The notes: generated by a model from the letters alone, not told the origin. 64,000 nucleotides of DNA from Microgenomates group bacterium GW2011_GWC1_46_15 (GCA_001002285.1 LCLX01000001.1:128030-192029), one strand, 5' to 3'. Counted from the first letter of the stretch, positions 50,825-61,060 are shown. Numbers and translations: made by a program.

Positions 50825-52339
50825 TCATTGTGTCGGAATACAGTACCCCATCGCCTCAGTAATGTGATGTTTTTCAATGTGGAGTTTTTGTTCCATGTCC
50901 GCGATGGTTTGTGCCACGCGCGCCAGGATAACATATCTCCTTGGGGACAAGTGATGAAGATCGGCTGCTGTGTCAAGCGTTGTTTGTGCCTCTGTGGTGA
51001 ATCTACAGTATTTTTGAACCTCTCCACTTTGCATTTCCCCATTTGCGCTGATGTGCGCTCCCGTAAACCGTTGCTTTTGAAGGAGTTGTGCGGCGAGTAC
51101 CTGATTTTTAAGTTTCTCAAACTCAAGTTTTTGTGTACGTTCATCACCTTTTTCAAGATGAAACGATTCTTCATGAATGAAAAGGTGAAGGTCAATCCGC
51201 TCCATGACTGCATGTTTTAATTTATTGGCATATCTACGGATGTCCGCGGCTGAGCACGCGCATCGTTTGGTTGTGCTGTACCGGTATCCGCATGGGCATG
51301 GATTTGCCGTTGCAAACAAAAGAAACCGCGAGTGGTGCGGGATACTTCTAACCCCCGACCGCAGTGGTAAAATCCCGTACTCTATACACGGTTTGAGCGT
51401 GTGAAGAAGAGCGGATGGAAACTCAGCAAACTCATCGGCATACACAATACCATGGTGCGCCAGAAGGAGCTGTCCTGGCTGTTTTTTTGCCATACTTCCA
51501 AATACAACTGAGGGAGGAGAGGTGGGGTATATAGTGAGGAAAGGGGGTATGCCGTGTTGGAGTTGGGCGGCATCTTGACCTCCGGCCGAGTACACCGCGG
51601 AAACTTCTTCAATATTCTCCTGTGAAAGTGGTGGCATGAGGGCGTGAAGATATGTGCTGAGGAGTGTTTTTCCTCTCCCGGGGCTTCCAAGAAGGAAACA
51701 ATGGTGTCCTCCCGCCGCCGCGATCGCGGTTGCCCGCTTTGCTACGCCGTTTCCGGAAATAAAAGGAGGATCGAGTTGAGCTACTTTTTGAGTAGATTTT
51801 TGAGATGGCGCAAACGGCACAAGTTTTTTCTCATTTCGTAGATGCGCAATGATTTCTAAAAGGTGGGAACATAAAAAAATCGAACCTGTTTGTTGAGGAA
51901 GAATGTCCCCCTCATTATCTTTTGGCACGTACAGATTTGTATATCCAACCTTTTTTGCAAGATAAATAAGCGCGGTGGCTCCTCCAACCCCGCGGATCTC
52001 TCCATTTAACCCAAGCCCGCCAAACACGAGTGTGTTTTGCAGAAGAGGGGGAATGAGTCCATTTGCCACAAGAATACCGAGCGCGATAGGAAGATCGTAC
52101 GAAGGTCCAGACTTTGGAATGGTTGAAGGTGAAAGGTTGATGAGCGTTTTCTTTGCGCGAATGGATATTCCAACATTGCGCAGCGCGGAACGAATCCGCT
52201 CCTTACTTTCCTGAATTTCCTTGTTCGCTAACCCAACAATATGGGTGTATGGAAGGCCCATCGAGGACACATCCACCTCAACGCGTACAAGATATGGGGA
52301 AAATCCATCAAGACCGGCTGAACGTATGGTACACAACAT
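50825..52339 (-). CDS. comM: ComM/YifB Mg-chelatase-like AAA+ ATPase
   Basis: VEVD...GLP, ESKERIRSAL, K.GPSYDLPIA, GSPGRGKT, NPCPCG, RVAQTIAD; start inferred at ATG 52339. Confidence 0.9.
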   Translation of the reverse strand: MLCTIRSAGLDGFSPYLVRVEVDVSSMGLPYTHIVGLANKEIQESKERIRSALRNVGISIRAKKTLINLSPSTIPKSGPSYDLPIALGILVANGLIPPLLQNTLVFGGLGLNGEIRGVGGATALIYLAKKVGYTNLYVPKDNEGDILPQQTGSIFLCSHLLEIIAHLRNEKKLVPFAPSQKSTQKVAQLDPPFISGNGVAKRATAIAAAGGHHCFLLGSPGRGKTLLSTYLHALMPPLSQENIEEVSAVYSAGGQDAAQLQHGIPPFLTIYPTSPPSVVFGSMAKKQPGQLLLAHHGIVYADEFAEFPSALLHTLKPCIEYGILPLRSGVRSIPHHSRFLLFATANPCPCGYRYSTTKRCACSAADIRRYANKLKHAVMERIDLHLFIHEESFHLEKGDERTQKLEFEKLKNQVLAAQLLQKQRFTGAHISANGEMQSGEVQKYCRFTTEAQTTLDTAADLHHLSPRRYVILARVAQTIADMEQKLHIEKHHITEAMGYCIPTQ

Positions 52340-52429
52340 ACCATCCGTTATACACGGCACACCGAACAAACAGCGTACGAAATGTGTTTTGCCCGCCAAT
52401 TACTCGAGAAAGATGGCCAGAGTTGAGCG

Positions 52430-53128
52430 CTAGTCCTTCAACTCTTTTTTGGTGGTGTCGTACCACTCTATCATCATTTTCTCGATAACGGTCTTGCCTC
52501 CAAGGCCAAACGCAAGTCCAAAGCCAAGCGCAAGCATCGCGATAAAGCCCATAAAGAGCGTCGAGATAAACTGCGCGGCAATGTTGAGTTCTGCAATGGC
52601 CGCCATCACGCTAATAATGACGATCAAGTAGCTGCCAACTTTGCCAAACAGCCTGGCGCTTTTTCCACTAATGCTGTGGAGCGCACCCTTCACAAGACCT
52701 TCAACAAGTCCTGCAAGCAATACACCGAAGAACAGGATCAAGACCGCGGATACAACCTTTGGGATATACGAAAGGATGCTGTTGAGTACGATCGAGATCG
52801 CCTCAAGACCGAGAATTGATACCGTTGCATAGAGTACAACGAGCATTGCAACCCAATACACCGCGGTTCCAACAACCTCTTCAATTCTTCCAATCTCAGC
52901 GTGTTTCAAAAATGACTCAACAGGTGTTTCCTTCAACCCTTTGGAAAGGCGGAGCATCTCAAGAAGTTTTACCGTGATTGTCTTGAGCCAGCGTGAAATT
53001 GCTGCGCCAAGAATAAGGAGGAGGAGCGCTCCCAAGAATTTTGGAAGAAATCCTCCAAGCTGTGTCACGACGTTGCTCGTCGCGATCGTCATAGTCTCCT
53101 GGAACGACACGGGAATAATGTTATACAT
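52430..53128 (-). CDS. TM-helix-repeat membrane protein (CmpX / small mechanosensitive channel-like)
   Basis: FLPKFLGAL, YIPKVVSA, GLAFGLGGK. Confidence 0.8.
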   Translation of the reverse strand: MYNIIPVSFQETMTIATSNVVTQLGGFLPKFLGALLLLILGAAISRWLKTITVKLLEMLRLSKGLKETPVESFLKHAEIGRIEEVVGTAVYWVAMLVVLYATVSILGLEAISIVLNSILSYIPKVVSAVLILFFGVLLAGLVEGLVKGALHSISGKSARLFGKVGSYLIVIISVMAAIAELNIAAQFISTLFMGFIAMLALGFGLAFGLGGKTVIEKMMIEWYDTTKKELKD

Positions 53129-53267
53129 GCATACTCCTTTCCTTTCGGGATCCGGAGATTGTCTCCAGAGAAAAACCCGACCTTTTATTCACTATACACC
53201 CCGGCTTGCTGTACCGCAACAAATGTGTCAAATACTCGATTACGCCGGGCGCATGCTAAAATACACC

Positions 53268-53578
53268 TGTCCAAAGACCGAACAATCGCCCCCGGTGTGC
53301 GCAAGCCGCCAGGGGAGGAAAGTCCGGACAGCAGAGCGTAGGGTGTTCACTGAAAAGTGAAGCGCGCCGCTTAAAACGGCGTGACAGTCTAGAGCAACAG
53401 TGACGAACCGAGGTCATGCTCGGGTGAAACGGGCAATCCTCCCCGCTGCAACTGCCGAACTTCACCATATTGGAAACGCTCCCTCACGGTGATAATGCTG
53501 CAGGCTTAGAGAAATGATTGTTGTCCCCCGAGCGTAAGCGAGGGCGGATACAGAATCCGGCTTATAGGTCTTTGGACA
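53268..53578 (+). ncRNA. rnpB: RNase P RNA (compact)
   Basis: GAGGAAAGTCCGG and ACAGAATCCGGCTTA universal motifs; terminal helix TGTCCAAAGACC/GGTCTTTGGACA; TGCTAAAAT extended -10 upstream. Confidence 0.95.
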
Positions 53579-54592
53579 TTATATTTCTTCGAGTGAATGG
53601 AGTGGATTTTTCCCCTGGAAGAATTCGCGCACAACTGCGCGGATAAAGATAAAGGTTGGGATGGCGAGCGCTGCGCCAGGGACACCACCAAGCCGCAAGC
53701 CCGCAATCAGTGCGATCAACGCAACGAGTGGGCTAATATCCACGGCTTTCGACATGATTTTTGGAACGATAATATTATTTTCCAGTTGCTGAACTAATAC
53801 ATAAAGCAGAATAACTGCAACCCCCATTGCCGGCGACATCGTGAAAAAAGCAACAACAACAGAAGGAACCGCGGAAATCGTTGGGCCAATATTTGGTATC
53901 GCTTCAAGCAGTCCTGCAAAAATGGCGAGTGGAAGTGCGTACTGTACGCCGAGAATCCGCAAGCCAATGTACGTCATGGTTCCAATCACGAGCATGAGAA
54001 AAAGTTCGCCGCGCACCCATCCACCAAGTTCTAGTTCGAGTCGGTCAATGAAATGTTTCGCCCGTTTTTCTGGCTCAATTTTCCCAAACAACCAAATGAG
54101 ATACATATGGAGTTTGTCGCGCTCGATGAGCAAATAATAGGTAAGGACGAGAAACGTAAACACAACAAGCACTCCGGAAAATGTGCTAAACACCGCCCCA
54201 ATGACAGATGGAATAGATGTTCCAACGCGCGATGTAATGTTGTTATAATCCTCGATTGTTTTTTGCAGTTGAGAAAACTCGAGCGTTTCAGGTAACTGTG
54301 GAAGATGCAGTTTTGTGACGAGCGTTACGGATTCACGGACGAGTGGCGGAACGAGATAGGAGAACATCCCAATGAGGGCGCCGATCACTAAAACATACAC
54401 ACTAAGAATTGCGAGCGGCCGTGGGAACCGGAAATGCTGCAACTTTTTTACCAGTGGATTAAGCGCGGAAGAGAAAATCAACGCAAGAAAAAGAAGAACA
54501 AGTAAGTCCCGTAGTTGATGAATGAGAAAACCACCGATAATGACGACAAAAACAAAGAGAACTGATTTTTGTGAAATCTCAATGCGTTGCAT
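53579..54592 (-). CDS. AI-2E family (UPF0118/PerM) transporter
   Basis: ALNPLV..L, IPNIGP, QQLENNIIVPKIM; start approximate. Confidence 0.9.
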   Translation of the reverse strand: MQRIEISQKSVLFVFVVIIGGFLIHQLRDLLVLLFLALIFSSALNPLVKKLQHFRFPRPLAILSVYVLVIGALIGMFSYLVPPLVRESVTLVTKLHLPQLPETLEFSQLQKTIEDYNNITSRVGTSIPSVIGAVFSTFSGVLVVFTFLVLTYYLLIERDKLHMYLIWLFGKIEPEKRAKHFIDRLELELGGWVRGELFLMLVIGTMTYIGLRILGVQYALPLAIFAGLLEAIPNIGPTISAVPSVVVAFFTMSPAMGVAVILLYVLVQQLENNIIVPKIMSKAVDISPLVALIALIAGLRLGGVPGAALAIPTFIFIRAVVREFFQGKNPLHSLEEI

Positions 54593-55577
54593 ATGTTTCA
54601 TCATACCAGTCCGAGACAAGTTTTTCTACATCGCTACGTATGCGTTCTCCTTCTCCGGGGTTTATGGAAAACCAATGGATATCCGGCCGTTTTTTGAACC
54701 AAACCATTTGCCGTTTAGCATATTGGAGTTCGTGAAGTGCCCATGTTTCAATAAGTTCTTTCTTAGTGATTTTTCCTTCAAGAAAATCGCGTGTTTCACG
54801 GTACCCGAGCGAAGAAAATGCCGGGAGACTCCAGTCTTTGTATGTATGCATAAGTTTACCGACTTCATCACTCATGCCTTGAGTAAGACGGCTGGCAACG
54901 CGCGCGCGGATATCTTTTTCAAGCAGATCCCACGATTTTTTGAGTCCAATCCAATATATTGAAATGTGTTCTTCCGGGGTGTCTTTAAGAGTGTCGTTTT
55001 GAAGATACTCCGCAACCTCGATTGCCCGGATCAATCTTCTTGGATTATTTTGATCGGAATGATTCATACTGTCGTATTTTTTTACATCGTATTCTTGTAA
55101 AAGAGTCTGAAGTTCTGAAGCGGTTTTATGTTCAAGTTTTTTCCGCAGGTTTTGATTTTGTGGAATAGACGCGGTTTCATATGACGAGGTCATGCTTTGC
55201 ACATAGAGTCCGGTTCCACCAACAATAATGGGAAGCGTGTTTGTTTTCCACAAATGTTTCATGATCGCCTGCGAAGCTTGTATAAAGTGAGCAAGGCTCC
55301 ACTCTTGGTCCGGGTTAACCTGGTCAATAAGCCAAATCCGTGTTCCTTGTGTGCGGTACGAAGTAAGTGGCTCTGGAAAGCCGTCAATATTTTGCAGTTC
55401 CAACACTGCGTCTTTTGGCAGATCTTTCCCCGTTCCAATATCCATACCTTTATATACCTGTCGTGAATCAGCGGAAATAATTTCCCCATGAAATTTTTGT
55501 GCTAGATGAAGTGCTAATGCCGTTTTCCCAGTGGCGGTTGGGCCGACAATTGCGATAGCTGCGTGTGGATGTACCAT
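54579..55577 (-). CDS. miaA: tRNA dimethylallyltransferase
   Basis: GPTATGKT, SADSRQVYKGMDIGT, VGGTGLY, YAKRQ..WF. Confidence 0.96.
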   Translation of the reverse strand: MVHPHAAIAIVGPTATGKTALALHLAQKFHGEIISADSRQVYKGMDIGTGKDLPKDAVLELQNIDGFPEPLTSYRTQGTRIWLIDQVNPDQEWSLAHFIQASQAIMKHLWKTNTLPIIVGGTGLYVQSMTSSYETASIPQNQNLRKKLEHKTASELQTLLQEYDVKKYDSMNHSDQNNPRRLIRAIEVAEYLQNDTLKDTPEEHISIYWIGLKKSWDLLEKDIRARVASRLTQGMSDEVGKLMHTYKDWSLPAFSSLGYRETRDFLEGKITKKELIETWALHELQYAKRQMVWFKKRPDIHWFSINPGEGERIRSDVEKLVSDWYDETYATH

Positions 55578-55578
55578 A

Positions 55579-56736
55579 TTATTTCGCCAACTTTGGCCGG
55601 ACAGCCAAGTTGTCTTTATTAATAAGTTTGTCCAAAAATTCCCACCGTTTCTTTTTCACTATATGTGGAACATCGTCGGGGTAAATGCGCCATGCCGCGG
55701 TTCCTGGGCGCGGTGAGTACATCGCAACGTACGCAATTTTCCAGTCTGCTTTTTTTGCGAGATCAACGGTATCTGCAAACTCTTCGTCTGTTTCGCCGGG
55801 AAAACCAACAATAATATCGGTGCCAATCGTAACGTTTGGAACAGCATCGCGTAATTTCTTTACAAGCCCAAGATAATTTTCTTTCGTGTATCCACGGTTC
55901 ATACGGTAGAGGACGGTATCGCTTCCGGACTGCACGGGCAAATGAATGTATGGGTCGAGTTTGGGATTTGTTGCGAGTTCGGTAATGAGTTCATCATAAA
56001 AATCCCATGGATTGCTTGTCATAAAACTAATTTTTGTAATACCATTGATTGTACTTACTTCCCGCAAAAGCGTGACAAACGGCGGGACATTATGGATAGA
56101 TAAATATTGTGATTGGTTAGACGGAAGATCGTCGCGGGTAAATGGCGCGTCTTTGCGGAGCAGCAGCTTGCGGAATCCGATGCCAACTTTTTCCAGTCCC
56201 CAAGAATTGACGTTTTGACCAAGCAAGGTAATCTCGGTATACCCCTGGTCGGCGAGCGAACGTACCTCACCTAAAATGTCTTCAAGCGGACGCGATTGTT
56301 CCCGCCCGCGCGCATACGGCACAATGCAAAACGTGCAAAACGAGTTGCATCCGGCTGAAACTGGAACCCACGCATGTTTTTTATCTTTCCGTACGGCAGC
56401 GAGATTAAATCCAACTTCGTTAATCGGAAGAATTTCATCAATCATCGGCATCATTTCGTAGAGATGTTTTTCTCCGTGATGTGTCATGCATCCAGTCAAA
56501 ATGAGTTTTGGTTTTTTCTTTTTGTTGGCGATGAAGTACTCAACGAGTGTGTGCGCAAAATGGCGCGCACGGTGTTCTGCACGTTCGCGGACGGCACAGG
56601 TATTAATCACAACTTCATCGGCGGTTTTCCACGATCTCGCGCGTGTGTACCCGCGGGCAGCGTAATCACCCGCAATGCGTTCTGAATCGGATTTATTCGC
56701 CTGGCATCCAAAAGTGTGAATATAGTAACTTGGCAT
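55579..56736 (-). CDS. miaB: tRNA methylthiotransferase MiaB-like (radical SAM, no TRAM domain)
   Basis: TFGCQ.N..DSE, NTCAVR, GCNSFCTFCIVP, HLPVQSGS, DIIVGFPGET, YSPRPGT. Confidence 0.9.
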   Translation of the reverse strand: MPSYYIHTFGCQANKSDSERIAGDYAARGYTRARSWKTADEVVINTCAVRERAEHRARHFAHTLVEYFIANKKKKPKLILTGCMTHHGEKHLYEMMPMIDEILPINEVGFNLAAVRKDKKHAWVPVSAGCNSFCTFCIVPYARGREQSRPLEDILGEVRSLADQGYTEITLLGQNVNSWGLEKVGIGFRKLLLRKDAPFTRDDLPSNQSQYLSIHNVPPFVTLLREVSTINGITKISFMTSNPWDFYDELITELATNPKLDPYIHLPVQSGSDTVLYRMNRGYTKENYLGLVKKLRDAVPNVTIGTDIIVGFPGETDEEFADTVDLAKKADWKIAYVAMYSPRPGTAAWRIYPDDVPHIVKKKRWEFLDKLINKDNLAVRPKLAK

Positions 56737-56824
56737 GGGGGCATTGTACCAAAAATTTCAAATTTTCTTTTTTCGTCTCCAGGGGACCCCACACCCTGAG
56801 TTCCTCAAAAAGAAAATATTTCAT

Positions 56825-57619
56825 TTAGCTCGACGCGGACGTGTACATTTTTAGTGCATGTTTCCAGCTGAGGAATGAAAGCAAAAAGACTGTAACGGCC
56901 ACCAGCGATGCGGTCAGGAGTAAAGACGGAGGCGCTTTCCCGAGTAGAACGCGCGCGGGAATACTCACCATCAACCCGACCGGCACAACGAATGTAATCA
57001 AGAAACGCAACGGTTCGCGGTAAATCTCCATCGGCATTCTACCCATCTGCGAAAGATCGCGGTAGAGCATGATGGTGTTGTCCACTTCGGTTGTGACGAT
57101 GCCAATGCATGCGACAAAAATATGGAAAGCAATCGAAATCAATAATCCATTCACAAGAAACGCGAAATAAAGCACTATTTTAACGGCATCAAGTAGTGGA
57201 ACAGCCTGCCCGATATACCATCCAGAAAAAAAGAGGAATGGTATAAAAATAAGAACGTCATTAAAATCCGGCGAACCCGCAAGTACACGGAACAATACAT
57301 TGACCGGTTTGGCAAGATAAAAATCAAGCTCGCCGCTGCGCACTTTTCCCGTAAGCGAGTACACGCCGCGCATAAACATTTGCGAAACCAAATCAATGAA
57401 GTTGAACGTGAGGAAAAAAATGATAACTTCATCAATACTGTAGCCTGCCATTGTTTTTGTGTTGTGTTTCAACAAAATCAAAATGAGTAAAAACGAAAGA
57501 AACCGGACGGTTTTTCCAATGAAAAAAAGAACGGCAGAACTTTTTGAAGAAAACTGGAACAGGAGTTCTTGTTTTGCAAAGAGAAACCAAATCTTAATAT
57601 AGCGGATTAGTGTTTTCAT
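56825..57619 (-). CDS. ABC-2 type exporter permease (DUF990-like)
   Basis: VRSGELDFYLAKPV, P..IY, PARVLLG. Confidence 0.85.
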   Translation of the reverse strand: MKTLIRYIKIWFLFAKQELLFQFSSKSSAVLFFIGKTVRFLSFLLILILLKHNTKTMAGYSIDEVIIFFLTFNFIDLVSQMFMRGVYSLTGKVRSGELDFYLAKPVNVLFRVLAGSPDFNDVLIFIPFLFFSGWYIGQAVPLLDAVKIVLYFAFLVNGLLISIAFHIFVACIGIVTTEVDNTIMLYRDLSQMGRMPMEIYREPLRFLITFVVPVGLMVSIPARVLLGKAPPSLLLTASLVAVTVFLLSFLSWKHALKMYTSASS

Positions 57620-58437
57620 CTCCCCTCCGCCTCATAGGAATGGACGCCTTTTTTCCACATGGTAAAAACTCCAAGTCCACACAATCCAACCCACATGCCG
57701 GTAAAAAGTATACCGCGAACAACTTCAACTGAACTGAGTTGTTCCAACAGTACTTTCGTGGGGAAGAATATGACATATGGGAATGGAGTATATGAAAGCG
57801 CTTGGACAATTGAGTTTGGGAAAATATCGAGTGGAAAAAAACTTCCCGCAGTAAAGAACATGATGGTATAAAATAAAAAGCGTGGAGCCCATACGTCTGG
57901 TGTCCAAAATCCAAGAAGACCAAACATTGTATTGATGAGAAAGAACATAACCATTGCTCCGCCAACTGTAAACAGGGTGAGGAAAATGGTTGAAATATGG
58001 GTTGGTATGTAGAGTGTTGGATGAAAAATGAAAAATAACACAGCCAACTCAATGGCAGAAAATATAACGTTTTGCAGTTTATCCGCAACGTCACGACTGA
58101 ACCAAAACAAAAAAAAGTTGAGCGGCTTTACTAAATAAAGCGAAAGGTCTCCGGAATGTATAACACCGGCAACGTCAATAGTACGTGAGGACGTTACAAC
58201 ATAGCCGATGATACTTGCAGCAAAAATATACGTAAACATCTGCGCACTGGTATATCCGAATGCCGTGATGGTTGAAGCAAATATTGCCTCCCACAATGAA
58301 AATGCAACAACAACTTGAATGATTTGACGCACCCTAAACATCACAAAGCTTGTTAGATATGTAAATCCATTAATCCAGGAAACTTTTGCAACGATCCAAT
58401 ACTTTTTGAGTGAGTTCAAAAGTAATTTATTTTCCAT
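57616..58437 (-). CDS. ABC-2 type exporter permease (DUF990-like)
   Basis: IHSGDLSLYLVKPL, FFPLDIFP, TPFPY; start inferred. Confidence 0.85.
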   Translation of the reverse strand: MENKLLLNSLKKYWIVAKVSWINGFTYLTSFVMFRVRQIIQVVVAFSLWEAIFASTITAFGYTSAQMFTYIFAASIIGYVVTSSRTIDVAGVIHSGDLSLYLVKPLNFFLFWFSRDVADKLQNVIFSAIELAVLFFIFHPTLYIPTHISTIFLTLFTVGGAMVMFFLINTMFGLLGFWTPDVWAPRFLFYTIMFFTAGSFFPLDIFPNSIVQALSYTPFPYVIFFPTKVLLEQLSSVEVVRGILFTGMWVGLCGLGVFTMWKKGVHSYEAEGR

Positions 58438-59407
58438 TTTGGAACACATCCCGGATGATGGCCTCAATTGGCGGTTCCTCAATATTGAGATCGGCAATGG
58501 AGAAATCTTCCAAAAGTTTTGCCGCAAGCCGAGACGCTTCTTTCCGTGGAACCAAAATCGTTGCGGACGGGAACTCAAATGATTTTACTTTCCCAATCGT
58601 TTCAAGTTTCTTTTGATCAGTTTCTTTTGAGAACACCACGGAAAGGATTTTATTTTTTGCGTACTTATCAATAATATCTTGAAGTTTTCCATCAAATAGT
58701 TTTTTCCCGTGATCAATAATAATGACGCGTTTGCATAGTTCTTTTACGTCGTCCATGTAGTGGCTTGTGAGCAAAATTGTCGCGCCAAACGTGGTGTTAT
58801 ACTCGCGGACAAAGTCGCGCATAACTTTTTGCATCACCACGTCCAAACCAATTGTTGGTTCGTCAAGAAATAACACTTTTGGATTGTGGAGAAGCGCTGC
58901 GATGAGCTCGCACTTCATCCGCTGGCCAAGTGAGAGTTTGCGGACCTGAATATTAATCACATCTTTTACATCCAAAAGAGTGACAAGTTTATTGAGCGTA
59001 TGTTTGTACTGCGTGTCCGGAATTTCATAGATCGCTTTGTTGAGCAAAAACGTTTCCATCGCAGGCAAGTCCCACCACAGCTGGTTTTTTTGCCCCATCA
59101 CGAGTGAAAACTGTTTTTGGAACTCAGGCTTCCTATCCCATGGAGTAAATCCAAGGACGGAAATCTCACCGGCGGTGGGGTACAGCAGACCAGACAATAC
59201 CTTGAGCGTTGTCGTTTTTCCCGCGCCGTTTGGACCGATAAACCCAACCAACTCACCCGGTTCGATCTCAAAACTAATATCATTCACCGCCTGCACGGAT
59301 TCGTATTTGCGCGCAAACAATGCTTTGAGCGATCCCATAAGCCCTGGTTGTTTCTTATACACCTTGTAGTACTTTTTGAGATGCTGGACGGAGATGATTG
59401 ATTCCAT
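58427..59407 (-). CDS. ABC transporter ATP-binding protein
   Basis: GPNGAGKTT, LSLGQRM, FLDEPT, TSH. Confidence 0.95.
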   Translation of the reverse strand: MESIISVQHLKKYYKVYKKQPGLMGSLKALFARKYESVQAVNDISFEIEPGELVGFIGPNGAGKTTTLKVLSGLLYPTAGEISVLGFTPWDRKPEFQKQFSLVMGQKNQLWWDLPAMETFLLNKAIYEIPDTQYKHTLNKLVTLLDVKDVINIQVRKLSLGQRMKCELIAALLHNPKVLFLDEPTIGLDVVMQKVMRDFVREYNTTFGATILLTSHYMDDVKELCKRVIIIDHGKKLFDGKLQDIIDKYAKNKILSVVFSKETDQKKLETIGKVKSFEFPSATILVPRKEASRLAAKLLEDFSIADLNIEEPPIEAIIRDVFQNGK

Positions 59408-59427
59408 GATTCCTCTATTCTATACCA

Positions 59428-60204
59428 TTACGACCCAATCCCTGAGTATTTTTTTATTGAATAATGAAAGAACGCGCGGGTTGCTCCAAATAAAACGATA
59501 AAAAATGTGAGAAGTGCGACAAGTTCTTGCCACCGGAATTGATGAAGAAGAAGGCGCGTTGGTGTTGTTGTAATAAGCGCGAGCGGAATAATAATGGTAA
59601 GCATAGCGCCAACGAAGCCGGAGTAAATATCGGAAGGCATGGACCAAATTCTGCGGAGTGTTGGGACAATTTCAATAATATTATCGAGTTTTTCAACCCA
59701 AAATGTAAATGTTGCGGTAAAAAACCAAAGTGTATAAATAACGCCCATGGAGAGGAAGATTAACGCGATGTACATCAATACTTGGCTTAACGTCACTGTT
59801 GGAAGATTGAGTGCAAGCAAGATAATACCGATAATGAGTCGAGGAACATTTGTAAAACTAATGTGCCGCACTGAAAGCCGAAACTGAGCATCAATGGGTT
59901 GGAGGAGGAGGAAATCAAGTGTGCCGTTAAAAATGGATTCAGTATAGTTTTGTATGTTGCGCCAAAAAATTGACCATGTTGCCGCATCAATAATCATGTA
60001 CGTCCCAGCAAACACGAGCATTTGCTGCTTATTCCATCCCGCAATATTTGAAGTTTGTAAAAACAAGATTTGATAAAACAAAAGAGAAAAGATTGTCCAG
60101 CCAGTTGAAACGAGTGACCACAAAAAGAAGTCCGCGCGGTACTCAAACAATCGCTGGAGTGATATTTTTGCGAAGTGAAGCCAGATGGAAAAATATTTTT
60201 TCAT
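59428..60204 (-). CDS. ABC-2 type exporter permease (second set)
   Basis: EYRADF, GW, NGTLDFLLLQPI; start inferred at MKKYF. Confidence 0.85.
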   Translation of the reverse strand: MKKYFSIWLHFAKISLQRLFEYRADFFLWSLVSTGWTIFSLLFYQILFLQTSNIAGWNKQQMLVFAGTYMIIDAATWSIFWRNIQNYTESIFNGTLDFLLLQPIDAQFRLSVRHISFTNVPRLIIGIILLALNLPTVTLSQVLMYIALIFLSMGVIYTLWFFTATFTFWVEKLDNIIEIVPTLRRIWSMPSDIYSGFVGAMLTIIIPLALITTTPTRLLLHQFRWQELVALLTFFIVLFGATRAFFHYSIKKYSGIGS

Positions 60205-60208
60205 TTTT

Positions 60209-61051
60209 TTACCCGCCTGCCGATGTGTATTTATACTGTGCGTGTTTCCACATAAACCGGATGATAAAAACGCACACGACAACGTATACAAAAAAGAGAC
60301 CCAACTCCCGTAGATCCGAGTGCAACACAGAATTTCTGGCCAACAATTGCGCCGGTGTTGAAAGCGCTAGTTTAAACGGTAAAAACGCGGCAATTTTTTG
60401 AATCCATTGTGGATAAAAAGTAAGTGGAGCAAGTGTTCCTCCAAAAATGCCCGTTACCATCCATTTGAAATGGCCGATGCTGCTTGCCTCGTCCATCCAG
60501 AATGCTGCAAACACCACAAAAAAACTCAGAATAGAGTCAAAAATAAATGCGAGAAGAAGGAATGCTAAAAAGACAAACAGTTTAGAAAAAGTAAACGTGA
60601 ACCCTGTGATAAGTCCCGCGTGAATGAGTCCAAACATCAATGCGAGAAATGGGAGAAGAAATGTGACGAACGTCATGAGTTTTGATCCAAGTGCTTGGAC
60701 AATAATGTACGTAGGGAGAGATATTGGTTTTACAAAATAGTAATCAATTTTTCCATACCGCACATTTTCAACCCAGCGTTCTTCAAAATGCACCTCGGCA
60801 AGGTTAATAATAATGAGAACAGCAAGATAATAGATAATAAGTTGTGAAAGCGATTGTCCACCGACCGTTGTTTTTCCATGAAACACCGCGAGCCATGATG
60901 CGATTAAAATAAATGTCGGGAAAATGTCAAGAATGATCCATAAAAAAGTTTCCGCTCGGAATGCCAAGCCCTGAATGAGGCCGATGCGGAATACCGCTAA
61001 CCATTTTTTTATCCTACGTTTTACCAATAATACTTTTCTCGAGATCCACAT
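60209..61051 (-). CDS. ABC-2 type exporter permease (second set)
   Basis: VRYGKIDYYFVKPI, PLTFYP, LPFK. Confidence 0.85.
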   Translation of the reverse strand: MWISRKVLLVKRRIKKWLAVFRIGLIQGLAFRAETFLWIILDIFPTFILIASWLAVFHGKTTVGGQSLSQLIIYYLAVLIIINLAEVHFEERWVENVRYGKIDYYFVKPISLPTYIIVQALGSKLMTFVTFLLPFLALMFGLIHAGLITGFTFTFSKLFVFLAFLLLAFIFDSILSFFVVFAAFWMDEASSIGHFKWMVTGIFGGTLAPLTFYPQWIQKIAAFLPFKLALSTPAQLLARNSVLHSDLRELGLFFVYVVVCVFIIRFMWKHAQYKYTSAGG

Positions 61052-61060
61052 ACCGGCATT

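Noticed and set aside
52941-53706. ORFs overlapping the 53.2-53.6 kb region
   Set aside because: The region is explained by rnpB and its promoter.
53579-54592. AI-2E transporter as evidence of AI-2 quorum sensing
   Set aside because: The family is widespread with varied substrates; the name alone does not indicate AI-2 transport.
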